DNA from: Lytechinus pictus
Lineage: Eukaryota
Assembly: GCF_037042905.1 (NCBI RefSeq)
Contig: NC_087252.1
Span: 1,924,001-1,988,000, forward strand
Reading direction: 5' to 3'
Length of the DNA: 64,000 nt
This document shows, piece after piece, positions 61,601-64,000 of the stretch (positions are counted from its first letter, which is position 1; each line of letters opens with the position of its first letter). The position numbers were made by a program, and so were the translations under genes. Under the pieces are notes generated by a model that saw nothing but the letters and a program-made list of their open reading frames with translations, was not told the origin of the DNA and made no database searches.

Positions 61601-63130
61601 TTTTAGTAAGATCTACACACTTGAAGACCCCCACCCCCAATTTAAACATGTATACAAACAAACATTGCATATTATCGGAAATTATTTATTAACTTATTTC
61701 CTGACTGTTGTGTGTATGTTAATTATTTTGTGACGTTGAATGCATAATCTGTGTACCATCGAACTGGGTCAATTTAGCCGAAAAGTTCCGGAATCCTTCA
61801 TCATCGAGGCGTTTGCGCAAGAGTAGACGCTGTTCCTCATTTGGTGGTTGGCTTTTCAGTGATTCATTTAAGACGTTGAGGACATCCTCGACAGTCGGTT
61901 TGTCCGAAGAGATGTTCTCAACGTCAACAATGTTGGCGAAGTTTAGTGCTTGTAGATGTATGAAAGTGTCTTGAAGATATTTGCTGACATTTCCACCCTG
62001 CTTTCCACTGCGACGAATGTCACCTGAAGATGAAATATAAGACTGGATTTAAAAGAAAACATATATATTTCGAAAAATATTAGCGTTGTGCATAGTTCGG
62101 GTAGGTCTTTAACCTTTCCTAATTTTTCAAATGTGGCCCATTCCAAAGATTAATATCAATAATGCAGGTGTGTTTTGGTTAAAGAATAATAACGATAATA
62201 GCTTTTTTTATACAGCGCTTTCCCCATAATGGCTCAAAGCGTTTTACAGTACATTATTACCCCCTTAATTGGATTCATTTCAATCCCGCACGAAAGGGGC
62301 ACAATTCCACTCCCTGGGGGAGCATTCCTTGCATTCATCAGAGTCTCATTAATGGCGCTGGCTAATTCAAACATACAATAACCTTTGTATCCTACCGGGT
62401 ACCCATTTAGCACCTTGGTCGAGAGCGACAGAGTGTGGATTCACACCTTGCTAAATGACGCTAGACCGCGGTGGGATTCGAACACACGACCCTCTGTTTA
62501 TTTATCTATTATTTATTTATTTCGTTTTATTTACCCAGGGTATCAGTTGACTAAGCACTGTTTTTCTTGGGGGCCCTGCATACAAGTAACAAATACAATA
62601 AATACAAACAATGAGAAGTATTAAACAAGGAAGAAAATATGTTCAAAGAGACAAGCAACCTGCAGGACATACACACAGACATACTGAAATACATGTGTGT
62701 ATGGAGAACAAAAGTCAACATATTGTGCATATACAAATCCATTATATTCCCTATGATCATATGTTTATTGATTACTTTTGTTTTTACTTGATTGCTCGTC
62801 CCTGGAACCAGTCAGATAGGGTTAGTTATTTTTAATTAAAAGGTGAGAGTCAGAACCAATACACCACGGCTTTTCCAGAAAGGGAAATATCACCTGTAAG
62901 AATGCCAAGCGCCACTTCTTTCTCTAGAACAGGATAAACCGCCTCAGCCAGGGCTTTTCTCCAATTGTATGTTGGACATTTCACTAAGGATCTCCAATAC
63001 TTCAGCATGTCCATGGTGTTTGTTACTGTGCTGATTATTCCCAAATTCTCACGAATTTTGATGCGGTTCGCCTCCTTGGACCCTTCTCCAAAGCTGACGT
63101 CATACAAATCAGCCTGGGACAATTCATATC
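58627..63130 (-). CDS. 3' part of a tandem paralog of the Ig-TM-death receptor (modules 6-8 and terminal exon); 5' exons beyond the window
   Basis: Exons 63130-62894, 62023-61757, 60872-60603 and 58748-58627 (GLEARKPF...YYKQ*) are colinear and clearly homologous to 32720, 32252, 31441 and 27006. Confidence 0.82.
58860..60030 (+). mobile_element. SINE interrupted by two MITEs
   Basis: Head tggcttagtggataag..., body resumes at 59737, core ends ggtaggaaggaattcc. Inserts at 58905-59736 and ~59815-59960. Confidence 0.65.
58905..59736. mobile_element. Harbinger-like MITE (CAG TSD)
   Basis: CAG|GGGTGGTATTCTGAG ... CTCAGAATACCGCCC|CAG, many ttttatct/agataaaa subterminal repeats. Confidence 0.75.
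60176..60583. mobile_element. Harbinger-like MITE (TTA TSD)
   Basis: TTA|AGACCGTCTCACACTATGC ... GCATAGTGTGAGACTGGCT|TTA. Confidence 0.72.
61009..61262. mobile_element. Short TAG...CTA element with 9-bp TSD (AcademH-like)
   Basis: GTAAAGCAA|TAGTCCAC ... GTGGACTA|GTAAAGCAA. Empty site in the paralogous intron near 31555. Confidence 0.75.
62190..62495 (-). mobile_element. tRNA-derived SINE (minus strand)
   Basis: Reverse complement has gttcgaatcccacc B-box, aaatgggtacccggtaggat core and agcgctgtataaa tail. Confidence 0.7.
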
Positions 63131-64000
63131 CTATAAAGAATGAACAGAAATGACATAATTATCATACTGCCACACACATTTTATCTTCATTTAATCTGAT
63201 GAACATTCTCTGTGAACCTGGGCTCCAGAATTAACTACAGCATATACAGGAAGAGTCCACAATCATGACAATCGATCGAAAAATCAAGTTAACTTACGGC
63301 AGCTCTATGAAACGGCCCGCGATATCTATCTTCTTAATATTCATGATTCTTAAATTTTTGTTCAAAAAGAACACATTAAAAAACGATTGGTGATAAAAAA
63401 ACGTTATTTGTTACTGGCTTGATAAGAAAGGGGGAATAACACGAGTTTCAGAAAAATGGGTGAAACCCCAAACAAAACACAATACCTCCTCCTCCGAAAA
63501 AAAATCAGATATGAAAAAGTTCAAGTTCATAATATGGTTTGGACCAAAATGAAGCTGATGCTTGAGAAGATTACCCCTTTACATGAAATAGATAACGCAA
63601 TGCATATAAAACAATGAAAATAAAGAATTAGAAACAAGTAATATATAAGGGAAAACATAAACACACATTAAAAAAATCACATACGCACACGTAGAAATAT
63701 AGAAAATAGAAAATAAAAGAAAATCACAGATATCTGATCTGGGAAATGACATTTTTTGATAGTTACCTGCATTATTAATGTTTTTGTCTACCATTCTCTT
63801 GCATAAACGAATTATGGATTTTCGTGTTTTTTAGGGAGTGTGTTATGACTTAACTTTTAAACAAATGCAAAATTCAAATGAGCAAAGGACTCGAAATGAA
63901 GAAAAAAAAAAGAATTGTTTGCATCTAATTCGGAAGTTGTTAATGTATTTTTTCTCTAGAAGCATATTTAAAAAGAAGGAAATAAGTTTTTAAATGATTA

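Overview
AT-rich, repeat-dense animal genomic DNA with spliceosomal introns. The SINE/MITE content suggests an invertebrate deuterostome, probably a sea urchin (inference). The left end holds the large terminal exon of a C2H2 zinc-finger gene (1250-3586,+). A frameshifted, apparently intronless Ig-V/TM receptor pseudogene lies at 12699-13743 (+). The main system, which the ORF track shows only as fragments, is a ~33 kb minus-strand gene (53438 to ~20570) that I assembled from GT-AG phase-1 exons. It encodes signal peptide, 2 Ig domains, a TM helix and about 8 tandem death-domain-like modules, each on its own exon (~1100 aa). The 3' part of a diverged tandem paralog lies at 63130-58627. The rest is a dense layer of non-autonomous DNA transposons, many with readable TIRs/TSDs. 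These include a 4.24 kb near-perfect palindrome with IS3EU-like ends, a 3.3 kb Academ-like foldback, a MULE-like modular array and nested hAT/Kolobok/Harbinger/Tc1/piggyBac-like MITEs. There is also a decayed L2/CR1-type LINE and tRNA-derived SINEs. All exon models and family assignments were made by eye and need computational confirmation.
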